DNA of 56,260 bases from Candidatus Woesearchaeota archaeon CG10_big_fil_rev_8_21_14_0_10_32_9. Lineage in GTDB: Archaea; Nanobdellota; Nanobdellia; Woesearchaeales; 21-14-0-10-32-9. A program made the position numbers and the translations under genes. Below, one piece after another: positions 1 through 8,370 of the stretch. Location of the stretch: assembly GCA_002762915.1 (NCBI GenBank), contig PCYF01000001.1, forward strand, positions 1 to 56,260. The letters are read 5' to 3'. The first letter of the stretch is position 1; every line of letters starts with the position of its first letter. The notes beneath the pieces are model-generated. The model made no database searches and was not told the DNA's origin. It saw nothing but the letters and a program-made list of their open reading frames with translations.

Positions 1-61
1 TAAACAAATCAAAATAAAAATACCCTTTACAAATAAGTGAGCGCTAAAAAAGAGGAACCGT

Positions 62-493
62 ATGCATCACGTAGCAATTTTTAAAAAATCTTGGAAATTG
101 ATTGATAAAATTTTAAACGGAACAAAAGTAATAGAATCCAGATGGAGTGTTAACAAAATTGCACCCTGGGATTCTGTTAGAAAGGGAGATTTAATTTTTT
201 TAAAAAATTCAGGAGATAAAGTTCGTGCAGTTGTGGAGGTTGATCTCGTTGTACAATTTTCAAATTTAAATAAAAATAATGTAAAAGAAATTCTGATAGA
301 CAATTATCAAAAGATAGGAATTGAACCAGACAAATTTTCTTTTTTCCTGAAAAACTTTGAAAATAAAAAAAATTGTATTCTTATTTATTTAAAAAATGCA
401 AAAAAGATTGAACCTTTTAAAATAAAAAAAGATGGTTTTGGCAACATGGCTTCTTGGATGATTGTAAAAGACGTAAACTCGGTTAAGATTTAG
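62..493 (+). CDS. ASCH-domain (PUA-like fold) protein
   Basis: 143 aa ORF. N-terminal pattern HHVAIFKKSWKLIDKILNGTKVIESRW...KGDLIF resembles ASCH/PUA-like domains. Purine-rich AGAGGA lies just upstream of the ATG. Confidence 0.5.
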   Translation: MHHVAIFKKSWKLIDKILNGTKVIESRWSVNKIAPWDSVRKGDLIFLKNSGDKVRAVVEVDLVVQFSNLNKNNVKEILIDNYQKIGIEPDKFSFFLKNFENKKNCILIYLKNAKKIEPFKIKKDGFGNMASWMIVKDVNSVKI

Positions 494-1892
494 GCTTCTC
501 TTCTTGTTTCTGTTTTTTTAATTCGCGATATTTACGTCTCATTTCTAGTTGCTCGGGAGTTAGTTTTTTTCTTTCTTTTTTTTCAGCAACTTTAGTTAAT
601 TCTTGTTTTAACTTCGAGTATTGTAAAGGATTTTTTATTTTTTGACAAAAATTGTCTGGATTACAAACACCCAGATCTTGATAATAACTTTTACAATTGT
701 GCGGAGGTATTACTTCTTTTGTTTTTCTAGCTTGTCTGAGTTGTCCTTTCAAATATACCTCTCTTAGTGGTTCAGGATTTTTTTTATTCCATTCGTATAT
801 TTTTTCATCAATTGCATCAAGACTCCATCCTGCGCCTTTCAAGAAATTAATAAGTGTGAATAGAACTCGCTTTTTTCCATCCTCTAAACCTAATAATGTC
901 ATTTTTATACACGGAGGAAATAATTCTTCTTCTATTGCTTCTTCTGGCAATGTGAATTCTTTTTGCACTCTTTTCTCGGTCTCTCCGACGGGCCTGAAGT
1001 CAAATGCATTTATAATTAATTGTTGCGCTTCTCCTTGTTTTGATTTTGTTCTATCTAAAAAAGAAATATCAAATACAACATTTTCTGGTTTCGCTTGTTC
1101 TTTTCTGAATTGTAATATTTTATCTATTTCAACGGGCACACTAATAAGTAAAGATTTTTCGTGGAAAGAATAAGGCATTCTGTATAAATGTCTTGGCGCA
1201 ATAAGAATTGTATCTATTTCTAAAAACGCAGACACATCTAAAAGTTTTTTCGATTCCATTAAAAGCGCTGAATCTTTTGTATTCATTTGTTTTACGAGTT
1301 TTGAGAAAGGCAATTCTGTTCTTTTTTGTACGTTTTCTATGTTATTTTTTTCTATTGTTAAAATTGCTTCGCCCAACGGCTCTAGTAATTTATCTTTAAG
1401 ATATGCTGCAATTCTTCTTGGTGCATCTGGAAATAATTCTTTGGTCGGCTTTCCATTTACAGTTTCCGGAAATGATTCAAAAGGTACCGCCAGATGAAAC
1501 CCTTTATTTCCTGAAAATTTGCAAGTTATGTTTTCTATTCCTGTTTCTTTTAAAATTTTTACAAGTATGTGCGCCGCAAGTTTACTGTATATAAAGTGAT
1601 GACAATCTATATCAAGAATTAAATCCCATCCTTTTCTTAACTCATCGATTTCTTGTTTTTTCATATCGGATCTGAGCGCTAGAGGATTTGTCCATAGTTC
1701 TTCTGAACAATGAAAACTTGTTGCTTTCTTTTTTGCTAGTTCTAAAACATCTGAATCATAAAGCAATACATCTGGACGTTTTCCAAAATAATCTGCATAT
1801 CTTATTGCTACTTCTTTGTCCCTTGATTGTTCAACTAATGCTTGTCTGACCTCTTGACGTTTGTAAAAAGAAAGTGTTTTTGCGAATAACAT
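483..1892 (-). CDS. priS: DNA primase, PriS catalytic domain fused to a PriL-CTD-like Fe-S domain
   Basis: 469 aa. AEP primase motifs: LILDIDC (DxD), SGNKGFHL, YRMPYSFHEKS. The C-terminal ~140 aa (FPPCIK...HNCKSY...GVCNPDNFC) has four Cys in the pattern of the PriL C-terminal 4Fe-4S domain. Confidence 0.85.
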   Translation of the reverse strand: MLFAKTLSFYKRQEVRQALVEQSRDKEVAIRYADYFGKRPDVLLYDSDVLELAKKKATSFHCSEELWTNPLALRSDMKKQEIDELRKGWDLILDIDCHHFIYSKLAAHILVKILKETGIENITCKFSGNKGFHLAVPFESFPETVNGKPTKELFPDAPRRIAAYLKDKLLEPLGEAILTIEKNNIENVQKRTELPFSKLVKQMNTKDSALLMESKKLLDVSAFLEIDTILIAPRHLYRMPYSFHEKSLLISVPVEIDKILQFRKEQAKPENVVFDISFLDRTKSKQGEAQQLIINAFDFRPVGETEKRVQKEFTLPEEAIEEELFPPCIKMTLLGLEDGKKRVLFTLINFLKGAGWSLDAIDEKIYEWNKKNPEPLREVYLKGQLRQARKTKEVIPPHNCKSYYQDLGVCNPDNFCQKIKNPLQYSKLKQELTKVAEKKERKKLTPEQLEMRRKYRELKKQKQEEKPKS

Positions 1893-2014
1893 GATTGTTA
1901 GAAGTTGTTGTTTTTTTTATATTTTGCTTTGTTGGATCATAAAACCTCATTAAACTGTCTAAGCACTGGTCACACGAAGAAGATTTTTAAAAACGTACGC
2001 ATTATCTATACAGC

Positions 2015-4222
2015 ATGGATCCTGAGTTTAAGCTGAGACTATATCAAGAAACCATTCTGAATACGGCAGCAAGCAGTAATTGCCTTGTTGTTTTGCCAAC
2101 AGGTCTTGGAAAAACCGCGATTGCAGCAGCATTAATCAAGAATCGTTTACAAAACTATATAGGCTCCAAAGTTATTTTTTTAGCGCCCACAAAACCTTTA
2201 GCGCAACAACACGAGAAAACTCTTAAGTTATTTTTAGAAGAAAACACAATTTTGTTTACTGGATCTGTTTCGCCAGAAAAAAGAAAAAAGATGTGGCTAG
2301 AAAACACAGTAATTATTAGCACGCCTCAAGGATTAGAAAATGATGTTATAAGTAGGCGAATTAATCTTGAGGATGTTTCTCTTATTGTTTTTGATGAAGC
2401 GCACAGAGCAACAGGCGATTATGCATATACTTTTTTGGCAAAAAAATATTTAGAAATAGGAAAACACGTTAGAATTCTCGCGCTTACTGCAAGTCCCGGA
2501 TCAAACAAAGAAAAAATTATGGAAATTTGTTCCAATCTCGGAATCGAAGAAATAGAATATAGAACAAGTGAAGATTTCGATGTCAAGCCTTATGTTCAAG
2601 ATATGGATATAGAATATGTTCAGTTAGAGTTACCTGATGAATTAAAAAAGGTTAAAGAATATTTGGATAGAAGTTATACTTCAAAACTTATTGAAGCGGA
2701 AAAATTTGGATATCTTCCAAGTAATTCTGGAAGTCTCAACAAAACAGCAATATTATCTTTAATTTCTGCGCTGCATGGAAAAATTGCTGGCGGAGAAAAA
2801 GAGTTTGATCTTCTTAAAACGGTCAGCTTACTTGCTGAAGCTCTTAAAGTTCAGCACGCATTAGAATTAGTTGAAACACAAGGAATTCATGCATTGAGTG
2901 AGTATTTTGAGCAATTAGAAAAACAAGCATTGTCAAGCAATGTTAAAGCTGTTAAGAATTTAGTTAGAGATATAAATTTTAGATCGGCATTAGTTTTATC
3001 AAGAAAGTTGAACGAAGAAAATATAACTCATCCTAAAATAGAATACTTGAAAGAATTATTAAAATCTGAGGTGGACTTTAATACTAAATCTAAGATTATT
3101 ATTTTTACACAATTTAGAGACAGTGCAAAAAAAATAAAAAAGATTCTTGGAGAAATAGAAATTTCATCCGAACTCTTTGTTGGACAATCTAAGAAAAAAG
3201 ACACAGGATTATCTCAGAAAGAGCAGAAACAAATGATAGAAGATTTCGAGAACGAAAAATTTTCTTGTTTAATTGCAACATCTGTTGGAGAAGAAGGTTT
3301 GGATATTCCTGAAGTTGATTTAGTTATTTTTTATGAGCCGGTTCCTTCCGCTATTCGTACAGTTCAAAGACGAGGAAGAACTGGCAGACAAAAAAAAGGA
3401 AGAGTCATAACTTTACTTACAAAAAACACGCGAGATGAAGGTTATAGGTGGGCTGCGCATCACAAAGAAAAAAGAATGTATTCGGTTTTAAAAGATATTA
3501 AAAAGAATTATGAATCAAAAAATACAAAAAAACAAATTACTTTGAATGATTATTCTGAGATTCCGACAAAAGAGGAAAATTGTATCATAAAAGTTGATTA
3601 TAGAGAAAAAGGATCTTTTGTTATGAAAGAACTTCTTAATATGAATGTCAAATTAGATTTGGTTAGTCTTGAAATAGGAGATTATCAATTAAGCGAACAC
3701 GTAGTTGTTGAATTCAAAACTGTTAAAGATTTTGTTGACTCAATAATTGATGGAAGATTATTGTCTCAAGCAAGAGAGTTAAAAAAATATTATCAGCCTC
3801 TAATAATTATAGAAGGAGATGAAGATATTTATGCTCAAAGAAGAATTCATCCTAATGCAATTAGAGGCATGATTGCCGCATTAATTATTAATCTTAGAAT
3901 TCCTGTTTTGTATACAAAAAATCCTAAAGATACTGCGGCATTATTAAAATTGATTGCAGAACGAGAACAAAAATCTGAAAAACCAGATTATCAAATGCAT
4001 TCAGTTAAACCTTTCTCTGACAATGAGCTTTTAGAGTATGTTGTTTCTAGTTTTCCAGGTATTGGAAGCAAACTTGCAAAACCTTTATTAAAAAAATTTG
4101 GATCAATAAAAAAACTTGTCAATTCTTCTGAAGAGGAATTAAAAGAAGTTGATTTAATTGGAGAAATTAAAGCAAAAAAACTTAAAGAACTGTTTGACAA
4201 AGAATATTATGAAAAGTCTTAA
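2015..4222 (+). CDS. hef: Hef helicase-nuclease (XPF/FANCM family)
   Basis: 735 aa. SF2 helicase motifs PTGLGKT, FDEAH, TASPG, QRRGRTGR. C-terminal ERCC4 nuclease (VDYRE...GDY...EFK..D) and terminal HhH2 (FPGIGSKLAKPLL...). Confidence 0.9.
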   Translation: MDPEFKLRLYQETILNTAASSNCLVVLPTGLGKTAIAAALIKNRLQNYIGSKVIFLAPTKPLAQQHEKTLKLFLEENTILFTGSVSPEKRKKMWLENTVIISTPQGLENDVISRRINLEDVSLIVFDEAHRATGDYAYTFLAKKYLEIGKHVRILALTASPGSNKEKIMEICSNLGIEEIEYRTSEDFDVKPYVQDMDIEYVQLELPDELKKVKEYLDRSYTSKLIEAEKFGYLPSNSGSLNKTAILSLISALHGKIAGGEKEFDLLKTVSLLAEALKVQHALELVETQGIHALSEYFEQLEKQALSSNVKAVKNLVRDINFRSALVLSRKLNEENITHPKIEYLKELLKSEVDFNTKSKIIIFTQFRDSAKKIKKILGEIEISSELFVGQSKKKDTGLSQKEQKQMIEDFENEKFSCLIATSVGEEGLDIPEVDLVIFYEPVPSAIRTVQRRGRTGRQKKGRVITLLTKNTRDEGYRWAAHHKEKRMYSVLKDIKKNYESKNTKKQITLNDYSEIPTKEENCIIKVDYREKGSFVMKELLNMNVKLDLVSLEIGDYQLSEHVVVEFKTVKDFVDSIIDGRLLSQARELKKYYQPLIIIEGDEDIYAQRRIHPNAIRGMIAALIINLRIPVLYTKNPKDTAALLKLIAEREQKSEKPDYQMHSVKPFSDNELLEYVVSSFPGIGSKLAKPLLKKFGSIKKLVNSSEEELKEVDLIGEIKAKKLKELFDKEYYEKS

Positions 4223-4263
4223 TTCTTAAGAATTCTTTAAAATAAAGATGTACAACAAACAAA

Positions 4264-6282
4264 TTAAATTTTACTTATGAAACCATGTCGCGGGCTAAAC
4301 AAATCTCCAGATCGTTTTAATTTTTCAATTACTTCTTGAGTTTTGTCTGCAGAAATGTCTTTTATTTCAGCTTCTCGTATAATATCATCAATTGGAATAA
4401 CTTTGCCTATGGCTTTTTCTAATTCAGAAATTATCTCTTTTATTAAGCCTATATTTCCTCTAGATGATGCAGTTATCCCTGTTGTTATTCTGTCAATATC
4501 AAATTTGCCTGTTTCTGTATCTAATCCAATTAAAGTTAAACAATGATGTAACAAATCTATTGCACGTTGAGAATCTTTTTTTGTAACTGTTGAAGATAAT
4601 CTTGTTCTCGCTGACGCTTCTGCAAGTCTCACCAATCCCTCTAATTGTCTAGCGCTTATAGGTATGCTTTGAACTTTCTCCTCAGAATTTCCTGAATTTC
4701 TCATACTAACAAAATAATTTTTTATTTCATTTAATGCTGGTTCTGTGAGTCTTGGAAAGGAAACTTGTTTTGCATATGCAACATATCTTTTAATCATGTC
4801 TGTGTCTACTTTTTGTTTTGGAATTTCTGCTTCCTTATGTAATTTTAATATGAATGATGCCAATCTTTCGTCTTTTTCTAAATTAGGCAAATCTTTAACT
4901 GGAAATATTAAATCAAATCTGTTAATAAGAGTGGATGGAAGTTCTATTTGTTTTGCAAGAATTTCATACGGATCAAATCTTCCGAATTTTGGATTGGCTG
5001 CCGCAAGAACTGTTGTTTCTGATCTCAATGTTGCTTGAATATTTGCTTTACTTATTGTTACAGTCTGCTGTTCTAAAGCTTCGTGCATCGCAGAAGTATC
5101 TTCTTTTGACATCTTATCTAACTCATCAATACATACAAGGCCTTTATTTGCTAAAACTAAAGCTCCGGCTTCTAATGCCCATCCTTTCAAGAATTCGTCT
5201 TTTACAACTGATGCTGTTAATCCTGCACCTGATGCTCCTTTTCCAGAAACGAATCTTGACTTAGGTGCAACTATAGACATCCTCTTTAGTAATTGGGATT
5301 TTCCTGATCCGGGATCTCCGACAAGTAAAATATGAATATCTCCTCTTCTTTGTACGCCATCATCTTGTTTTTTTCTACATCCGCCAAATAATTGCAAAAC
5401 AAGCGCTTCTTTAATTCTATCGTGACCATAAATTGTCGGAGCAATAGATTCAATTATTTTTTCATAAACTAATGGATCTTTTGATAATTGTAAAATTTCT
5501 GCTTTTTGTTCGGGAGAAATTGTCAACGACGTGAATTCTTCTTGAACCGGTTCAACGTGGTTTGCTTCTATCATTAAATCAAATCTTGTTGATTTTCCGC
5601 CAGTCGCTAAAATGATTGGAATTTCTTTTAGGGTTCCTACAACAATAATTTTACTTCCGGGATTTGTTTTTTTGTCAGACATCGGACTTACTAAATCATT
5701 TTTTAGAAAGATGTTAATTCTTTTTGGCTGTTCTCCGCCATCTAAATCTTCCGGAGCTTCTTCTAAAACTATTTTTTGTGCATCTACAAGTTCTTTACTA
5801 ACAAGATTAAATTTTCCTTTTCTTCCACAACTACAAGAAGATGGTTCTTTAAATTTTGTGTCAACTTGCAATATCGCCATTTGATTTCCACAACTAGGAC
5901 ATTCAAATTTCGCACTTGTTACTTGAGGACGTACATCGCTTTTCTGTCTTACTATTCCTACGAATTGAAAAAATTTGTCAATATTTTTACTTCTTATCTC
6001 GCTAACTAAAATTTTTGAAGATTCTGGAAGCTCTCTAAATCTGACTTTTATTCTTACATCTTCAACACCTAAATCAAATCTAGAAATTGCATACTCTGCA
6101 GCTTTTATAGAATCTTCTGGATTTTCTAATAAATCTTCAGCAAGAGAAAGATCAAATTTTGCCAATTCAGGAAATTCTATTATTAGAGATTCCTCTCCTT
6201 TCGAAGCTTTTCTTAAAAGATCTTTATGATGTGTAACCTCGAGGAATTCTTGATATTTGTTTATTTGTTCTTGTGCATCCAT
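4264..6282 (-). CDS. mcm: MCM replicative helicase
   Basis: 672 aa. Zn finger CPSCG...CSCG, Walker A GDPGSGKSQ, Walker B CIDELDKM, arginine finger SRFDLIF. Confidence 0.95.
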   Translation of the reverse strand: MDAQEQINKYQEFLEVTHHKDLLRKASKGEESLIIEFPELAKFDLSLAEDLLENPEDSIKAAEYAISRFDLGVEDVRIKVRFRELPESSKILVSEIRSKNIDKFFQFVGIVRQKSDVRPQVTSAKFECPSCGNQMAILQVDTKFKEPSSCSCGRKGKFNLVSKELVDAQKIVLEEAPEDLDGGEQPKRINIFLKNDLVSPMSDKKTNPGSKIIVVGTLKEIPIILATGGKSTRFDLMIEANHVEPVQEEFTSLTISPEQKAEILQLSKDPLVYEKIIESIAPTIYGHDRIKEALVLQLFGGCRKKQDDGVQRRGDIHILLVGDPGSGKSQLLKRMSIVAPKSRFVSGKGASGAGLTASVVKDEFLKGWALEAGALVLANKGLVCIDELDKMSKEDTSAMHEALEQQTVTISKANIQATLRSETTVLAAANPKFGRFDPYEILAKQIELPSTLINRFDLIFPVKDLPNLEKDERLASFILKLHKEAEIPKQKVDTDMIKRYVAYAKQVSFPRLTEPALNEIKNYFVSMRNSGNSEEKVQSIPISARQLEGLVRLAEASARTRLSSTVTKKDSQRAIDLLHHCLTLIGLDTETGKFDIDRITTGITASSRGNIGLIKEIISELEKAIGKVIPIDDIIREAEIKDISADKTQEVIEKLKRSGDLFSPRHGFISKI

Positions 6283-6340
6283 TTTTTCATCTTGAAAAAT
6301 AAATTAGTTTAGGTATTAAATAAATAAAAAAGAATGTTGT

Positions 6341-6925
6341 TTATTTTTTTAACTTTTTCAAGTTAACTAACAACATATCTACGGCCTTGTGCACCATTTC
6401 TTCAGATTTTGTTCCTGTACATACTATTTTTCCGTTGCTAAATAGTAAGAAAGTTGCTTTCGCTTCCATCAATTTGTAAACTAAACCCGGAAACTGTTCT
6501 GGTTCATATTCTGTGTTATCAAGTTTCATTGCTAAAGTATTAAGATTTAGGTCCATACCTATACTTCCACTTGCAACTATGTTTTGCACATTGATTTTTG
6601 GCTTAATTTTAATTTTAATACCTATCTTTTCTAGGCTTTCTATTATTTTCTTTATACTTTCATCTACTTTTTCAAGACTTCTTGCACCAGTACAAACTAT
6701 ATTTCCTGAGCTGAATATTAAAGCAGATGTTTTAGGATCTTTTATTCTTATTACTAAACCAGGAAACTGTTCTGGATTATATTCTGTGTTGCTTAATGTT
6801 GCGGCCATTTTTTCCAAAGGAATATCCTGCCCCAGACTTGCAGAAACAACTATATTGACCACAGTTATGTTTTGATGTGGATCAAATTCTTCTTTTGTTT
6901 TTTTGGGCTCTGTTTGTTTTGCCAT
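6341..6925 (-). CDS. tbp: TATA-box binding protein
   Basis: 194 aa with two direct TBP repeats (NIVVSASLGQ... / NIVASGSIGM..., EYNPEQFPGLV / EYEPEQFPGLV). Lies 58 nt upstream of mcm on the same strand. Confidence 0.95.
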   Translation of the reverse strand: MAKQTEPKKTKEEFDPHQNITVVNIVVSASLGQDIPLEKMAATLSNTEYNPEQFPGLVIRIKDPKTSALIFSSGNIVCTGARSLEKVDESIKKIIESLEKIGIKIKIKPKINVQNIVASGSIGMDLNLNTLAMKLDNTEYEPEQFPGLVYKLMEAKATFLLFSNGKIVCTGTKSEEMVHKAVDMLLVNLKKLKK

Positions 6926-6953
6926 TTTCTCTAACCCCCTAACCTACTTAAAG

Positions 6954-6990
6954 GCATTTATAAAGGATGTGAGCGCTCATTTATAAATGC
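6954..6990. promoter_or_regulatory. Palindromic twin TATA boxes flanking a TGAGCGCTCA operator-like palindrome (TBP promoter region)
   Basis: GCATTTATAAA (6954-6964) and TTTATAAATGC (6980-6990) are exact inverted repeats. The perfect 10-nt palindrome TGAGCGCTCA (6970-6979) lies between them. The left TTTATAAA box ends 31 nt from the tbp ATG. Confidence 0.6.
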
Positions 6991-7039
6991 TTTTATCTTT
7001 AAATAGAATGTTTCAAATCCCCTCATTTGAGGAGTTATA

Positions 7040-7061
7040 CCTCCTTTGTTTCCTATGGAAC
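7040..7061 (-). promoter_or_regulatory. ORB-like element (Orc1/Cdc6 recognition box with imperfect G-string)
   Basis: Minus strand reads GTTCCATAGGAAACAAAGGAGG. This fits the archaeal ORB dyad TTCCAnTGGAAAC plus a G-string and shares the core GAAACAnAGGrGG with the oriC elements. Confidence 0.6.
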
Positions 7062-7126
7062 TTCTTAAATTTGAGGCTTATCGACGTAAAAATTCATCAA
7101 AAGAATGTACCAGTATACAAAACACA

Positions 7127-7146
7127 CCCCTTTGTTTCCTGTGGAG
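7127..7146 (-). promoter_or_regulatory. ORB-like element with G-string
   Basis: Minus strand reads CTCCACAGGAAACAAAGGGG. Same orientation as the element at 7040, 87 bp away. Confidence 0.6.
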
Positions 7147-7269
7147 ATGGAAAGTTAGAGAAAAAAATAGCAAACAGTCTGAAATTAGTAAATTTACAAG
7201 AATTAAAGCACATAAGCAAAAAAAACGGACATTATAAAAACGTAAAAATAAAAAAATAAAAAATTTTGT

Positions 7270-7617
7270 TTAAAGCACAAATCCTAGTGTTTCGGCATGT
7301 TCATAATATCCTTTTCTTCCTAGATCGAAATCAAAATATTGCATAAATTCTTGCATAACGATTTTGTCCACTTTTAGGGATCTCAGCCAATTAAAGATGT
7401 GTTCTGTGTAGCAATAGATGCAGACATTCATTCTTGCTCTAGTAATGATACATACGTCGTCTGAGTCATTACAGGGCATAAATACCTTGGACTCTTCTTC
7501 CAGCAATTCTATTAATTCTGGTCTCGTTTCAACTAGCCAGGTCTTCATTTGAGACTCTAGGCGTTCTGGGCAGATAGGATTTGTTATCTGCTGCTCACAC
7601 AAAACACATGCGCCCAT
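7270..7617 (-). CDS. Small Cys-rich (putative zinc-binding) protein, unknown function
   Basis: ATG at 7617 is preceded by GGAGGTG (perfect SD) 6-7 nt upstream, so the GTG-extended ORF start at 7626 is rejected. 115 aa with CVLC, PIC, PC, VC and CIYC motifs. GC looks higher than in neighbouring genes. Confidence 0.6.
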   Translation of the reverse strand: MGACVLCEQQITNPICPERLESQMKTWLVETRPELIELLEEESKVFMPCNDSDDVCIITRARMNVCIYCYTEHIFNWLRSLKVDKIVMQEFMQYFDFDLGRKGYYEHAETLGFVL

Positions 7618-7927
7618 TTTCACCACCTCCGGGTTCTTCGTGTTTATTTTTCCAGAGGCATTACAATCTACAATCTATTCCCGAATTAATAACTTATAGA
7701 ATTTTTCTTGTGCGTTACAAATCCGGGTTTCGAAAAGTGGACTTATAACACCCAAGGTTTAATCTTGTCTTCAAATATTCTCAGCACTAGATTGAAGGAT
7801 GAATTACAATTCATATAATGCAAACTAGTGGAATATTCCATTTTACATTTATTGACGTAACACAATTATTTAAATATTTCGTAAGTCTACCCAAAGAGTT
7901 ATAAAAAGAAACAAATTCTTTTTTATT

Positions 7928-8335
7928 ATGAATTATGAAGACATGCTCAAATCTGCAAGAGAAAAACTTCCTGAGCCAGTTAAAGGAACAGAAAGATTTG
8001 AGATTCCTAACGTTAGAGGACAAATTGAAGGAAATAAAACAATAATTAGCAATTTTAATCAAATTGCAGATGTTCTTGGAAGAAAACCTCAGCACCTTTT
8101 GAAGTTTGTTCAAAGAGAATTGGCAACTCCTGGAGAATCAAGAAAACAAGCAGTTCTTTTTGGATCTAAAATTCCTGCAAGTAAAATAAATGAAAAAATC
8201 AAGGCTTATGCTGAAGAATTTGTATTTTGTAAAGAGTGCGGCAAACCTGATACTAAAATGGTTAAAGAAGGCGATGTTTACTATATTAAATGCCAAGTTT
8301 GTGGTGCAAGACATAGTTTTTATTCTAAAATATAA
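7928..8335 (+). CDS. eif2b: Translation initiation factor aIF2 beta subunit
   Basis: 135 aa. N-terminal MNYEDMLKSAREKLPE...RFEIP. C-terminal zinc ribbon FVFCKECGKPDT...CQVCG. TATA-like TTATAAAAA lies about 20 nt upstream of the ATG. Confidence 0.9.
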   Translation: MNYEDMLKSAREKLPEPVKGTERFEIPNVRGQIEGNKTIISNFNQIADVLGRKPQHLLKFVQRELATPGESRKQAVLFGSKIPASKINEKIKAYAEEFVFCKECGKPDTKMVKEGDVYYIKCQVCGARHSFYSKI

Positions 8336-8370
8336 TTATTCAAAGATCTAATACTTTGTTTAAAATGACC

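Noticed and set aside
4221-4234. 14-nt perfect palindrome AATTCTTAAGAATT between the convergent hef and mcm genes
   Set aside because: It is an AT-rich short palindrome overlapping the hef stop codon. It may act as a bidirectional terminator hairpin, but archaeal termination mostly relies on T-runs and chance occurrence is plausible.
6987-7259. Plus-strand ORFs of 90 and 63 aa between tbp and the Cys-rich gene
   Set aside because: The first start lies inside the TATA palindrome. The sequences are low-complexity and span the ORB-like repeats, with no SD. The region is better explained as regulatory or non-coding.
7647-7662. TTCCAGAGGCA as a possible inverted ORB partner for the 7040/7127 elements
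   Set aside because: Only the first half-site matches, there is no GAAAC half and no G-string. Too weak to call.
7720-7745. CCGGGTTTCGAAAAG resembling a tRNA T-arm
   Set aside because: No acceptor, D or anticodon stems can be built around it. I found no tRNA-like cloverleaf anywhere in the window.
7811-8113. 100-aa minus-strand ORF overlapping the aIF2-beta start
   Set aside because: It overlaps the confident eif2b CDS and its promoter. It has no recognisable motifs and atypical composition.
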